Assembly (NCBI RefSeq): GCF_040938485.1
Contig: NW_027271643.1
Location: 682,001-746,000, forward strand
Origin: Diadema antillarum
Taxonomy: Eukaryota
Direction of reading: 5' to 3'
Length of the DNA: 64,000 nt
In this document: piece by piece, positions 50,318-62,330 of the stretch
How positions within the stretch are numbered: the first letter of the stretch is position 1
Layout: each line of letters opens with the position of its first letter
The notes under the pieces: generated by a model
Told to the model about the DNA's origin: nothing
What the model saw: only the letters and a program-made list of their open reading frames with translations
Databases searched by the model: none
Program-made: the position numbers and the translations under genes

Positions 50318-52600
50318 CTGCACGGAGGTCAGTCAGAGGACAGCTTATTAGGACTTTTGAGCACTGGACAAAAACAAATATCTTAGTAACTTCCATTAGT
50401 CTGTGAAAGTTGCACGTCAAGTGCAGGGCCCTATTCAATCATTTTGTAACACTCTGTACTGTGTACAGAAACAGACTTGCTTACACACTACATACTTCCA
50501 TGTTTTGAATCTCAAATCACGATCCTGATTTTGATCAAGTCCCTATAAAAGAAACCCTCAAAGTTTATACATGGTCTTATCACAGATGTGCGAGCACTCT
50601 CCATAAATTATACAGGCACCTTACTCCTCTCCTGCGGCGATAGTGCCATCGGCGGCCGAGATCTGAAGGGGGGGGGGGGGGGTCAATTTGACCCCCCCCC
50701 CCCCTTCAGATCTCAAATAGCCCAGTTAGAACAGGGTTAAGTTATGTAGGTGTACTCCCACATATCAGACATTTAGCTCAGTCTAATCTCTCTAGACATA
50801 CATGTACTGCCTTTACCCTCAATCAACTACTGGGTTCGTCATAATGTTCTCCATGGTACCAAGATATCAGAAGATAGACAGAGAGCATAACCATGTACAT
50901 ACTCGTGTATAAAGCAGAGAAAACTGAAGGCAACTACAATTTTCCACCACAGACAGTGAGAAAAAAAATGGAAGAAAAAAAGAGGCATGATAATGGCCAC
51001 AAACACTAGCAGACATACCTGGTAGAAGCCAGTGTGGTAGCCACTCATATACCAAGCCATCAGCATAGAATGGAGTGCCTCTTTGTCCATACTGTCCACA
51101 TCTTCAGGTAGGGGTGGATGTGGGGGTTCATCAGGGGGGAGTGGAGGTACCCGCTACTCCAGCGCAAGCACAAAGATGAGATAATACAAGGCAGGGTTCG
51201 AAATTGGCGATGGTCCGCTGGCCATTGGCCACCCAAAATCATGTCGGACTCGCTAAAAATCATAAAATTCTGAAGTAACTGGTCCGTCTGGCTAGCCAAA
51301 ATATTGCTTCAGTGTCAAAATTGATTCTAAGTAGTCCGTCTGGCTAGTTAAAAAAAAAGTTAAGTGCGACCCCTGCAAGGCACCATGCTTACTCCACAAT
51401 AATAATGATCTCATGATGCTAATTTTACACTATCTCTCACAATATAAAGTGGCATATCTAGGTAATGATAAGAATGCATTTTGTGTCACCTCATTGCAAA
51501 ATTGCCTTTATATTTTATTGGAAAAATAGAAAAAAAAAAGCTAAAACATCAGGAATACAAACTTGATGGAATGGACCAACAACAACAAGAAAAACACAAA
51601 AGCTTTTATTTGCTTTACACACTTCCAATTTTCATTAAACTTGCGTGCATGTCCACACTTGCATTCTGGTCAAAACAACTTTTTCTGTGGTTTCTCAGCT
51701 GTTGACCAAAGTGAGGTTAGCAAAAGATTTGTAAAGGTGAGAGTAAATATATAGAAGTTACTACTTACAGGTTGTGTCTGTCCTGGTGTTGTTGGTGTGC
51801 CTCCCCATGTTGGAATCATCTGAAAATGTGATGTTAATTGTGAATGAAAACTGCATAAACCCATCAAAACCCATCACGTTCAAAACTTGGCTATTGCAAG
51901 TCTCATTTTGTGGATAATCAAGAAATAGTGCTATGAGTTGGATCATACATGACTCCTGACTTTGAGAAGCTGGCTACTGGTCTTGCATACTAGATATCTC
52001 TGCATATTCTCATGTAAGACTGGCATACTAGCAGCAGGAGACAAATGATAACCGCACAACTTCACAATCAACACAATTTGGCAATGCCCCTTCTACAAGA
52101 AAGAACAATGAAAAATCAGAACTCACATGAGGATTTGGTGATCCCCAGGGAGCAAACGGCAGAGGTGTCATGACGGATGACATCAGTGGTGGTGGTGGTG
52201 GTGTTGGAGGGGGAGGATACCATGACCCATAAGGCATGGCTCCCGGTATGTGTGGGTGGGGAGGTGGTCCCGGAGGGGGCGGATGTGGGGCATAGGGGTG
52301 GGCGTGACGAGGAGGCAGGGGATGATGAGTGCGCTTCCGGGGGCCCACGCCACTGGCAGGGTGCATGGGGCTCTGACTGTGGTCGGTCCACTCCATGGAA
52401 TCAAAACCATTCTGTCAGGAAGTAAGCCAACAAAACATTTATAAGATAAGAAATATAAAAGCTGACTTTTTGTACTGGAGTGACCTATGACCTGCAGAAT
52501 GCTATTTTTACACAGTAGGTAGTAGGTGTATACAATTTTTTTTTCTTTCTTTTTTTACATGGGGGCCTACAGCAATTGATGTAAAATCAATGCTAGGTAT

Positions 52601-52647
<47 letters not shown>

Positions 52648-55600
52648 GTTTTCATTCTATTTTCTCACATGTACATGAATATGAATTATCTTCAAAACAG
52701 CATATCAAAATATGATTTGTTAATTCTTTCTTTGTGTGTAAAATAGGTAATTGTAAAGAGCATGTGGAACATTAATTGGTTATCTACATTCTAGGTTTGT
52801 ATTGTCATTATTTTTAAGAGAGACAACTAAAACAACACTGATTCTTCATTTTTTCAATTCTCTTAGTACAATATCCTTTTTAAAGCAAGCATGCAATGAT
52901 GGTTTTGAAAACGGAAAGTATTCAAAGTTTAAGTTTTTGCCTTGACAAACTGTCTCAAGGCTTTTTTTCTGATGGACTAAAACACACACAAACAAAAGAC
53001 AACAGCTGAAAACTATGTTGACCTTTCATAAAAGAATTTGATTACCTTCCTACAATAAATATAAAAAAACAAAAAGCCAAAATCTAACAAATATTTTTTC
53101 CAATGTAAGGATGAGTGCTATTGTACATGCCAGTACATACTGATCTCTGTCTACGAATCTAGACTGGCAGCTGGTACCCACAACACATTTTCAGTACTCA
53201 GACAGTGCACAAGACCACTGATACTCTTTCCCTCCTCCCCAATCTGAAATAACCCCAGAAACTTCACCTCAAGGTCAGCACTGGCCTCCACCTCTGATTC
53301 ACTGAAGATCTCTGACAGTCTCTTGTCCTCCTCATTGCCATAACCGACATACCGAATGCGGCATGAATGCCCCTTCGAGTTAATGTTCCGGATGACAGCG
53401 CTGTAGATCTGGTCATCCTCGGTGAAGACTGCCCGGCAGCGGTCGCCGACTCTCCATTTCTATCCCAGGACAGGGAAACATGAACGATTATTTACTGTAT
53501 ATGCCATACATTTCGCGAGTCTACATTTTCGCGAATCGGGAATTCCTGACGATTCCACAAGTGGTTAAATTCGCGATCGTGGAGTCCTATACTGAACAGA
53601 GAAATGTACACGCATACGTAACATTCACATCGGGGATCAGAGTCAATATTTTCACGTGTCTTTAATTTCATGAATAGCACCCGACTCGCAAAATTCACGA
53701 AAATAAAAACCTCACGAAATATTCGGCGTATACAGTATCTAGAATTGTCATTTTCTAGAAGTGAATACCCTATAAAAGCCATACTTTTGTCATACTTTAG
53801 ACAAGGCCACTATTGCAACGAACAGAAATCATTACATGCCTATTATCTCTTATGAATTGTGACACTCATAAGAATGTTTTTGTTGTCCATAGCAAAGGTT
53901 GTAGTTCACACAACAAAGGTTTCATATACATGAGGTTCATATTTTTAAAATATCATACCGTGTAACATCAAGATGTCTTAAATTGAATAAATTTTCAATA
54001 ACTGTGCTGGATTCCTATACTACCTTGTCCTAGGGCACTTTCAGATAATCTACTGCCAACTCCACTCAAGTTGATCTTAATGGGACTGAGGGAAATGCAA
54101 TGAATTAGGCAATATTTGACTTCTGGGTTTACAGAGAAATAACACATCCATTTCATGACTAAGTCATCACAATTCACTACCCATACTTACGGACTGCGTT
54201 GGAGTCTTCTTGTTCTTTTTCTTTCCACCTCTCTTGGTCTTCTTAGGCTGTTTGTTCTGCTTTTCTCCATTGCTGTTTTTGGTCATATTCTGTAGTGTAC
54301 AGTAGGTCAGAAATTTGTAGGAGTAAACTGCAATGTCCTGTAAGGTGCTTATGTGAAGTATACATGCCAAATCTCAAAAGCATATCAAAAATAATTTCAG
54401 TTCAATACAGAAGGTATCAAGCAAAGTATCAGCACCACAGTTATACTCTCATTTACAATCAATATTTGTAATAATGGTAAGTCCCATTATTTAGCTGCCA
54501 TTATCACAACATGTACAACCTACAAATAATCATCATCATCATCATTGGAGACAGAAGATAAAAACTAAAGAGGATAAGAAGATAAAACAAAGCAAGTGGC
54601 ATTATCTTATTGATAAAGTAGTATCATCACATTATTGATAAAGTAGTATCATCACATTATTGATTTAAAAGTAGTATCATCACATTATTGACAAAGTAGT
54701 ATCATCACATTATTGATAAAGTACAAAATGTATGTCACTACAAATCTTATGATGAGACTGGTAAGCCTACACATAATAGTACATGTATCTATAGGGCAAA
54801 GGAAAAATCTCACCTTCACTGAGCTGATGGCTTTGTCATAAGCCTTGATGAGGGCTGAATCATCCCAGATGTCTGAGTCATTATCACTCTGTGTGAATGA
54901 ACAATGCAATGCATTACTTATCTCACAGCACCCCCCATTTATTAGAGATACAAAATGTAGGGAATAATATGGCTATTGTTCACTATCATTGGTGTGAGTG
55001 AGCTTCTCTGCATTGTTGAATGCTACATGGTCTGATTTTTCAAAAGCTATTAATCGAAGCACAGTTGTATCACAAATGAGACTTGACTAGCAAATGTGAC
55101 CTGCTACAACACAAGGATCCGAAAGTCGGGAGGATGATTTTCTGAAAATGACATGACATTATTCCCCTATTCTTCCGCTTTATTTTCATATTTAACATGA
55201 CTCATAAAATTACTCAGTTGTGGAGATGTTGGTGATTTTATGAGACCATGTCGAGTGGTCTAAGAAATCAACGTTTCAAGAAAAACGCGTTCAAAGTTTT
55301 CTTTCCGACGCAATCATGATCAAGGAAAGGTAAGACAGTTTTCATCTCTTGACAACAGAAGGTCTGCTCATACATGTACAGTAGTACCCTCTGCGATGTT
55401 CATTCAAGCTTAGTGCCAGCGGTCTACGCACAACCAATCAGTAACCAGGATGCCACGCACTGACCAATAAAGATCACTCCCCGTTGCTAGGGGCGGAGTC
55501 AATCTGCGGCGCTAAATCCATATCTTAGGACATGTTTCTGTTCCACTGAAAGTCAGAAAATAGTGGCCCAGAAAATCGCTAATTTCTTGCCTTTCCTGTG

Positions 55601-56665
55601 ATCATCTAGCTTCGAAATTTTGGTAGATGACAGATGATGTACATTAGACTACAACATTATGCCCCCCCCCCCAAAAAAAATGATTGTTTTGACCAATTTT
55701 GATGATTTGACTTCACGCTCAATTTTCTCAGCTCAGCCATCAGTGACGTAAGGATCCTTTTGTTGTGGTGGGTCACAAATAGTGGCCAAAGCAAGCAGCC
55801 CATAATTCAACCATAACGCCGTCCAAGATTCGATGACCGGCTACATGTAGAAACCATAGTCCATACGTTAACTGCAACCAGCCCCAATGCGAAGTGTTGA
55901 TATTTAACTGTGTTAAGGAGCGCCCCGGGGTTATCCATACATATGCTTTTGCATGTGACAGGGCCGTGTACTATAGTTAAATTCTTCTGGTACCTAAAAA
56001 TATTTAAAAACCTGCAGCAGCAGGGTCAACCTCCTATGCCAAAATTTACATGTACACCTGGCCTGGCACTAGCACTAGGAGCTACTCGAAATGTTACAGT
56101 TCACAATATAGCAGGCGGTCAAAGTTTGGACTATAACTATGGTAAAATTTAAATTTAACTAAGATTATCTATGGGCAGCTTGCTTATCTAATTACTAAAT
56201 TAGAGACTAGAACCGTCTAACAAACATTAGAGAGTCATTTGAATTTGAACTTTGGATTTTTAAAGGTCAAAAATGTGTTGGCCCCCTACCGCTACCCAAA
56301 TCCCTGCCTTGTATTTGGATAGCCTAAAGATCTCCACTAGTAACTGTTAGACCCAGTCTCGTAAAGGACCTGGCAGGAGGTGATTCACTGTAATAAAGAG
56401 CACGCAGTGCAGTGCAGTGTAGTGCATGCAGTGCTGGTAAACTGTGCATGCTTTATGGTATCACTAGACACCACACAATATCGGACGGGGGGGGGGGGGG
56501 AGGCCTCCTTTCACAGTATGAGTATTATATCATTCTTCATGACAAAGAGAAATTTGGCATCATCATCACCACCTACAGAATGTAGGTTAAATGTAGGGAA
56601 TGTAAATCTACTATACAATTTACCTGATCGACTCGAAAGACAACATCTCCAACATGTTCACTCAT
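50114..56665 (-). CDS. SMN: Survival motor neuron protein, 8 coding exons, ~360 aa
   Basis: Gemin2-binding SDIWDDSALIKAYDKA, Tudor domain, polyproline region and YG box WYMSGYHTGFYQG, in the canonical order; all GT-AG junctions are phase 0. Confidence 0.96.
50658..50714. repeat. G15/C13 hairpin, part of a TTAA-ended (piggyBac-like) MITE in the last SMN intron
   Basis: gagatctgaa-G15-tcaa-t-ttga-C13-ttcagatctc; ...aacaggg|TTAA end at ~50740. Confidence 0.7.
51019..51153 (-). CDS. SMN: SMN coding exon 7 (YG box)
   Basis: RVPPLPP...EALHSMLMAWYMSGYHTGFYQ; donor CAG|gtatgt. Confidence 0.92.
51769..51819 (-). CDS. SMN: SMN coding exon 6 (51-nt micro-exon)
   Basis: cattttcag|ATGATTCCA...CAACCT|gtaagt; MIPTWGGTPTTPGQTQP, in phase. 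Confidence 0.7.
52127..52411 (-). CDS. SMN: SMN coding exon 5 (Pro-rich)
   Basis: tcctgacag|AAT ... CAT|gtgagt; PPPPGPPP and PPPPTPPPPP tracts. Confidence 0.88.
53268..53459 (-). CDS. SMN: SMN coding exon 4 (Tudor domain)
   Basis: KWRVGDRCRAVFTEDDQIYSAVIRNINSKGHSCRIRYVGYGNEEDKRLSEIF; donor GAG|gtgaag. Confidence 0.93.
54191..54289 (-). CDS. SMN: SMN coding exon 3 (Lys-rich)
   Basis: ctgac...ctacag|AAT ... TCC|gtaagt; NMTKNS...KKTKRGGKKKNKKTPTQS. Confidence 0.88.
54608..54723. repeat. 25-bp tandem minisatellite (~4.5 copies) in SMN intron 2
   Basis: Unit attattgataaagtagtatcatcac. Confidence 0.9.
54814..54888 (-). CDS. SMN: SMN coding exon 2 (Gemin2-binding)
   Basis: cacacag|SDNDSDIWDDSALIKAYDKAISSVK|gtgaga. 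Confidence 0.96.
55096..55776. mobile_element. Non-autonomous DNA element with 4-bp AAAT TSD (Sola-like)
   Basis: aaat|gtgacctgctacaacacaaggatcc ... ggatccttttgttgtggtgggtcac|aaat. The superfamily is inferred only from the AWWT-type TSD. Confidence 0.6.
56624..56665 (-). CDS. SMN: SMN coding exon 1
   Basis: MSEHVGDVVFRVDQ|gtaaat resembles the VLFRRGTGQ| end of vertebrate SMN exon 1; the phase fits exon 2. Confidence 0.82.
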
Positions 56666-56711
56666 CGTATTGTTGTTCTTCTCCTGTATACTGTACAGTG
56701 GTGGTCAGTGG

Positions 56712-57228
56712 CAGCGTTGCCAGGTCCCAACCGAGCAAAATCACCAAAAGGCTTGTAAAAAATCACCAAAAGCCATCAAAAATCACCAAATTTGGAAAAG
56801 CGTAGGTAAAGCTTCAATTTCAAGACAAAATTATATCAATAAACCTTTATCAAACACTGCGCCAGTCTCGGTGCAATTTTCGGCGCACCGTAGTCACACA
56901 CACTAAGTGCAAAATGTGTACGATGTGTATGGATATTTGACTATGAGTGTTTGTGTGTGTCGCTGTGACCAAAAAAAAAAAAGGGGGGGGGGGGGGGGGG
57001 GGGCACATGTTATGTTTCTGCAGGAAATAAGGGGAAAACTTTGGGCAAAATGCATTTTCCTTTTCAATTAGTGTGATTATTTTTCATGGGTCTAAAAATC
57101 ACCAAAAAGTTACCAAAAATCACCAAATTTTGATTTGGTTACCAGGCTAAAATTTTGTCACCAAACAACTTCAAAAATCACCAAATTTCACCCTTTTTGG
57201 TTCCCGAAATCACCATCTGGCAACACTG
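56712..57228. mobile_element. hAT-type MITE (517 bp) with 8-bp TSD
   Basis: TIRs cagcgttgccag / ctggcaacactg; identical gtcagtgg at 56704-56711 and 57229-57236; multiple subterminal aaatcaccaaa motifs. Confidence 0.9.
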
Positions 57229-60200
57229 GTCAGTGGCACCAGTCCAAGGAAACTAGCCGATCTCCTGAACAAGGATTTCAGTGGTACACATGGTAGATAA
57301 TAATGATTTCGAAATCATAACTTAATTCAAAACACAATTTCTACATTGTTTGAAATCAAGTTAGATAAATAATTTTTTACTGACAAATCAATATATATAT
57401 ATTTTTAATTTGACCTCTTAAAGATAGTTATTGTTTATTTTAAAATTGTGCAATCTTATCAGCAACTACAGTGCACACATTATTCTCGGCTAACTTCTAC
57501 ATAATCCGCCTACCGCACACATGGGGATACGCTGAAGAATCGTATTACGTCGCATATCGAGGGCATTTCATAAGCCGTGTATCATGTATGATATCCATAA
57601 TCATCGGTACCGGTAACTTGCGACTCCCAGCACAGTCGGAACGTTAGAAAATTGTGTCTGTATAGTATTCGACAATCCAGTATGTTGCCTAGCATCATCC
57701 GAAGAACAAGATCTCTGCCTCTTCAGGGCTACACTCAGGTAATTATTGGCACCACTTTGCAGCCAAACCCATGCCCAGTGCGTGGAGTGAAAGACCTTGC
57801 GCGTGGATGGATGGTAGTCCAGGCTAGAAGGCACCTAACCTTGTTTTTTGATATATACAATGTTTTTTGATGGTTTCTTGTCAATTCGAGGGTGCTGATT
57901 CCAAATCCGATTGATGCCACTCGCGTAACCTTGAGCATTTTCGGCAAAATGCAAAAATCCAAAATGGCCGCCAAATATGCTAATTTGGCCGTGATAATCA
58001 CAATCATGTGCATTCTGTGACCAATTATTCTACCAAACTTTGTACATTTCTGTTCCTAGAGTTACTCCATGTGCATTTGCAAGAAAATTTTCATTTCATA
58101 TAGTTTCATTTGGTATTTAAAGATCATTTTCAATTCAAAATGGACGCCATTCCTACGCTCATGTACAATATGAATGGCAAAAAGTATGCATGGAAATATA
58201 TACCAAAATTACTGTATTTTCAGTTCCGTACCTATGCTGTTATAAAATGTTGCATGTGCAATACTAATATGATGGGTGCCACTTACAATATAGGGGGCCG
58301 ACATACATTTTTATTCTTCTACATGCAAAAATTCAAAATGGTCGCCACTCTTATTCTCCTGTACAATATGAATGGCAAAAATATACGTGGAAATAGAAAA
58401 CTAATTTGCTGTTTTTTTCTGACATGCAGCTACATAGTTTGTTAAGATTTAGTGCTGATCATTATCTGAAGGATGTTCTTAACAGAAAGTTTTTCTTTTG
58501 TGATGCAAAAGTCTCAATTTACCACATAAATTAGGATTTTCACTAGGAATTACGGATGGAGTTTCGAGCATTTAACAATCATAAACCTTGCGATGTTTAA
58601 CACAATTTCAAATCTTTTATTTTGTTTCAACAAAGAATAATATATACTAAGTGCACCAAACACCACGCAAAAAACCAATAATGTACCATCATATTCTACA
58701 AGCAGCTTGAATATAAAAGTGTAATACTAACAAAACATAATTATTAAGAAGCATATCATTTATCAAGTGTTGAAAAAGCAAAGCTTCTATGCTTTCCCCT
58801 AAAACCATTATCAATAAGGTACAGAAAAATCATATACAGTACTGTAGAAATACATGATTGCGGACAAAAACATTAATGACAAAACTAACAACCCTTTACA
58901 ATGTAGCTTTTTTTTCAGTTAGAAGTTGGGGGAGGGGGAGTCCTGAGGCAAGTTTTAAATGGATCATAACCTCCATCGCTTTGTTATGATATGATTTAGG
59001 AGTAACGCCTTGATATTATCGAGCAAACTTGATTTTCTTCATATTTACTGTCTTTAAAGATCTCTTTAATTGGATATTTGGCAGCAGGTGACATCAGCCC
59101 CAAATTTGCAAGATTCTCATGCTAAAGATACATATCAGTCCTGCAATTGCCTTAATTGCAACCACATCTGATTATGTTCAGTACTTCCTCATAGGGGTCA
59201 GAGGGTGATTTTTTTTTTGCCATAGAAACAGGATGAAGACATCAAAGACTTGCTTCACACCCTGTGAAGCCCTTTGGCTTTGTCGCCAGGCAAGAGACAG
59301 TGTTGTAGGTACACGTAACTTGGGAGGTATCAGAGATGACATCAGCCCAGCACCCTGTTTTGTATGGGGTCAAAGCTTTGAAGCGAAGGAGAGAAATCTA
59401 TAATTTGGCTTGTGGGATTTCAAACGCATTGATGGTACAGTACGCGCAATAAGAAACGCCTCCGTCAATTTCGTTTTCCAACGAAAGTTCGTTATCGATC
59501 GAGTAGCAACGAAATTTGGACGAAATTTGGACGAAATTTCGTTATCGATCCAGTAGCAACGATTCTGACGCTTTGTGGACGCATTTCACGCACGACCGCC
59601 CGCTCAATTTCGTTCGGCAAATGCGTTGCTCGTTCGGAAAATGCGTGTTCGGAGCTCGGCAGTTTCGTCCAAATTTCGTTAAAAGCGTCCGTGATCCAAG
59701 GCGCACATGGAATACAGTACACACGTGTGTGGGTAGTGGCCACATCCACAGCCGCTAGCCGGCAAGAATCACTGCAAGATTAGACTCAACAAGTATATAC
59801 TAGTAGTAGCACAGCGGTCGGGAATGAGAACAGTAGACAGGCGTGGAATTCACCTGATTCACATAATACTATTAAGAATGGTAACATGTATACATACATC
59901 GATGCCGTTTTCATTGAAGCAATTTGTAAAAGTTTTAGTTTCCCGTACCCTAGCTGTAATTACGGCCAAGGAGGTACCAGGCAAGCACCGTTAGCAGATT
60001 ATTCACTGCATTTGTAAGTCACCTGATACATCACATGTTGGTATGCGGGCTGCATGTAACCAGGGAATGTGCACGTGTGGGAAAGGCGAGTGCGCCGTAT
60101 GTGCGTCGCAATTGCCATGGCATGGCTCGCTCGGCTGAACGAAACAGAGATGTACGATACATGACAAGACCCAGTATAAGGCCTACTAATTGTTCACGTG

Positions 60201-60550
60201 TTGTTGTTTTTTTTTACAAGCAGAAAATAAACAACTGTTGATCATGAAATAGACTAAATTACCAATCAGAGATCATTCGGGTTCATAGTATTTAAGAGAA
60301 ATCACGCAATTTTGGCGAGGGTGAACCCACAGGAACCCACAGGAACCTTATCGTAGAATGCCGACCAAAAAGAAAATGGTTTCACTAAAATTGCGTGTAC
60401 GTAAAATCCATTTGAGTATAGAAAGAAAATTAACCCCCAAAAAGAGGAAAAAAGAAATTAGAAGGATTTGTTCGCCGTTATTAGGTCATTAAATATATTT
60501 TCTTTCTTCAGCAATTGCGCGTTACATTGCCCGTTTTTTTATTGAATCAG

Positions 60551-60693
60551 GGCCCTGTTGCATAAAACCCTTACCGCTGGACTTACCGCTCCTTTCTATG
60601 CGGTAAGTCTTAAATCAGCGGTAAATTTTATAATCATTGATGCTGACGGTAGTTACTATTGAAATTCAATGGTAAGTTTTATGCAACGGGCCC
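60551..60693. mobile_element. PIF/Harbinger-like MITE with 3-bp CAG TSD
   Basis: cag|ggccctgttgcataaaac ... gttttatgcaacgggccc|cag. Confidence 0.7.
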
Positions 60694-60879
60694 CAGAAAA
60701 GTAAAAAAAAAAAAATAATATTCAAAACAAGACAATTAATTCTTAGTTTGATATCGTTTATTTCTTTATTGGACAGAGAGATAATTCAAACGGTACGTGG
60801 AATTTTCAAAGCGACTAATTCAGACTGATTCTTAGTTTGACTTGGCTCTTTCTTTCTTTCTTTTTTTATTTTATTTTTT

Positions 60880-61967
60880 TTTTTGGGGGGGGGGGGGGGG
60901 GTTTGAGGTTCATGTTCGTTGTACCCATGCACCCATAAGGTTCATTAGGACGAAAATGAAACATTCAGATACACGCGACTTCCCTACACGAAAAATAGAT
61001 GTTCGTAAATGTGATAGTCAAATTATGATTCATAATTCGAAAATGCACGAATGTTTGTGATTGGATAGGTGCGTTATTGTCGGATTAGCAAACCTTCGGA
61101 GTACTGTAGTATCGAGCCTGTTGTATTCAAGGATAAACGAACTTTTGAAATAATGAATTTTATATTCAGAGTAAGACAATAAGTTTAATTCTTATATACC
61201 TGTAGTTTGACATCGTTTATTTCCTGGTTGTGAAGCGGGAAGCGAGAGATAATTCTGAAAAGAAGTATATATACAGTCATGCAGACGGAACGTGAAATAT
61301 TCAAAGCAGCTATGAGATTAAATCTTAAGTTGTTTATTTGTTTGTTTGATTGCTTGTTTGTTGTTATGCTCAAGCGTTGGTGTAATTATATATACATTTT
61401 TTTTTGGGGGGAGAGGCATTTTTGTAGTACCCAATGCACGTAAAGTTCGCTGATGCGAAAGTGATAAAATGTTCCGTAACACGCAAATTCCCTACACCTT
61501 GTAGATGTTCGTACCTAGTGTGAAAATAAAATGTATTACTATTATTTTGTTTCCCCCATTGTTCGATGGGTATAGCAAACCTTCGGAGTGTCAATCCTTT
61601 CGTTTTCGGATAAACGAACTTCCTTAACTCACAACACCATGTTTCAGAGTAACAAACTAGTCATTATTTTATTCGGGCATTGGGAATAGTTCAGGAATAA
61701 AATATAGAAGGGAGGAAAATCTTTAAGGCAAGAATTACGATGGATTCTTAGTTTGAAATCATTTATTCATTTCCGTGGTGTTCATTATTCCGAAAAAAAG
61801 AAAACGGGTGCGCTATTCCGATGGTTACGGCGTTATTTCGAATCCGAAACACGCATATTCCTTGTGCCTATCCATGTTTGTTGATTCGAAAATGTAATCA
61901 TGCTGCGGGTAACTGCTATAGGGGGCCATATATTGTTTTATTTCTGTCTATTGTTATATTATTATTA

Positions 61968-61998
<31 letters not shown>

Positions 61999-62330
61999 CA
62001 TTATTTTTATTATTATTATTATTATCGTCTTTAACATTATTAACCAATGTTTTGATTAACGAGCATTTTGTGGGCTGTTTTTTTTTTTTTTTTTTTTGGG
62101 GGGGGGGGGGGGGGGCATTGCCCGATTAGCAAACCTTCGGAGTGTCAATCCTTTTGTTTTCGGACGAACGAACTTCCTTACCTCAGAAGAAGAAATCAGT
62201 GTAACAAACTAGTCATTATTTTATTCGGGCATTGGGAATAGTTCAGGAAAGAAATATAGAAGGGAGGAATCCGAAACACGCATATTCCGTGTGCTTATAC
62301 GTCATGTTTATTGATATGCTGCGGCTAAGG
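60880..62330 (+). repeat. Locally triplicated, diverged ~0.5-0.7 kb unit
   Basis: tagcaaaccttcggagt at 61086, 61573 and 62127; 61573-61718 is nearly identical to 62127-62268; each unit begins with a T-run/G-run. Confidence 0.75.

Noticed and set aside
61086-62145. CRISPR-like repeat-spacer reading of the recurring 17-mer (and of the 23.3-kb motif repeats)
   Set aside because: Spacing is ~500 bp and the spacers are mutually homologous; eukaryotic context and no cas genes.
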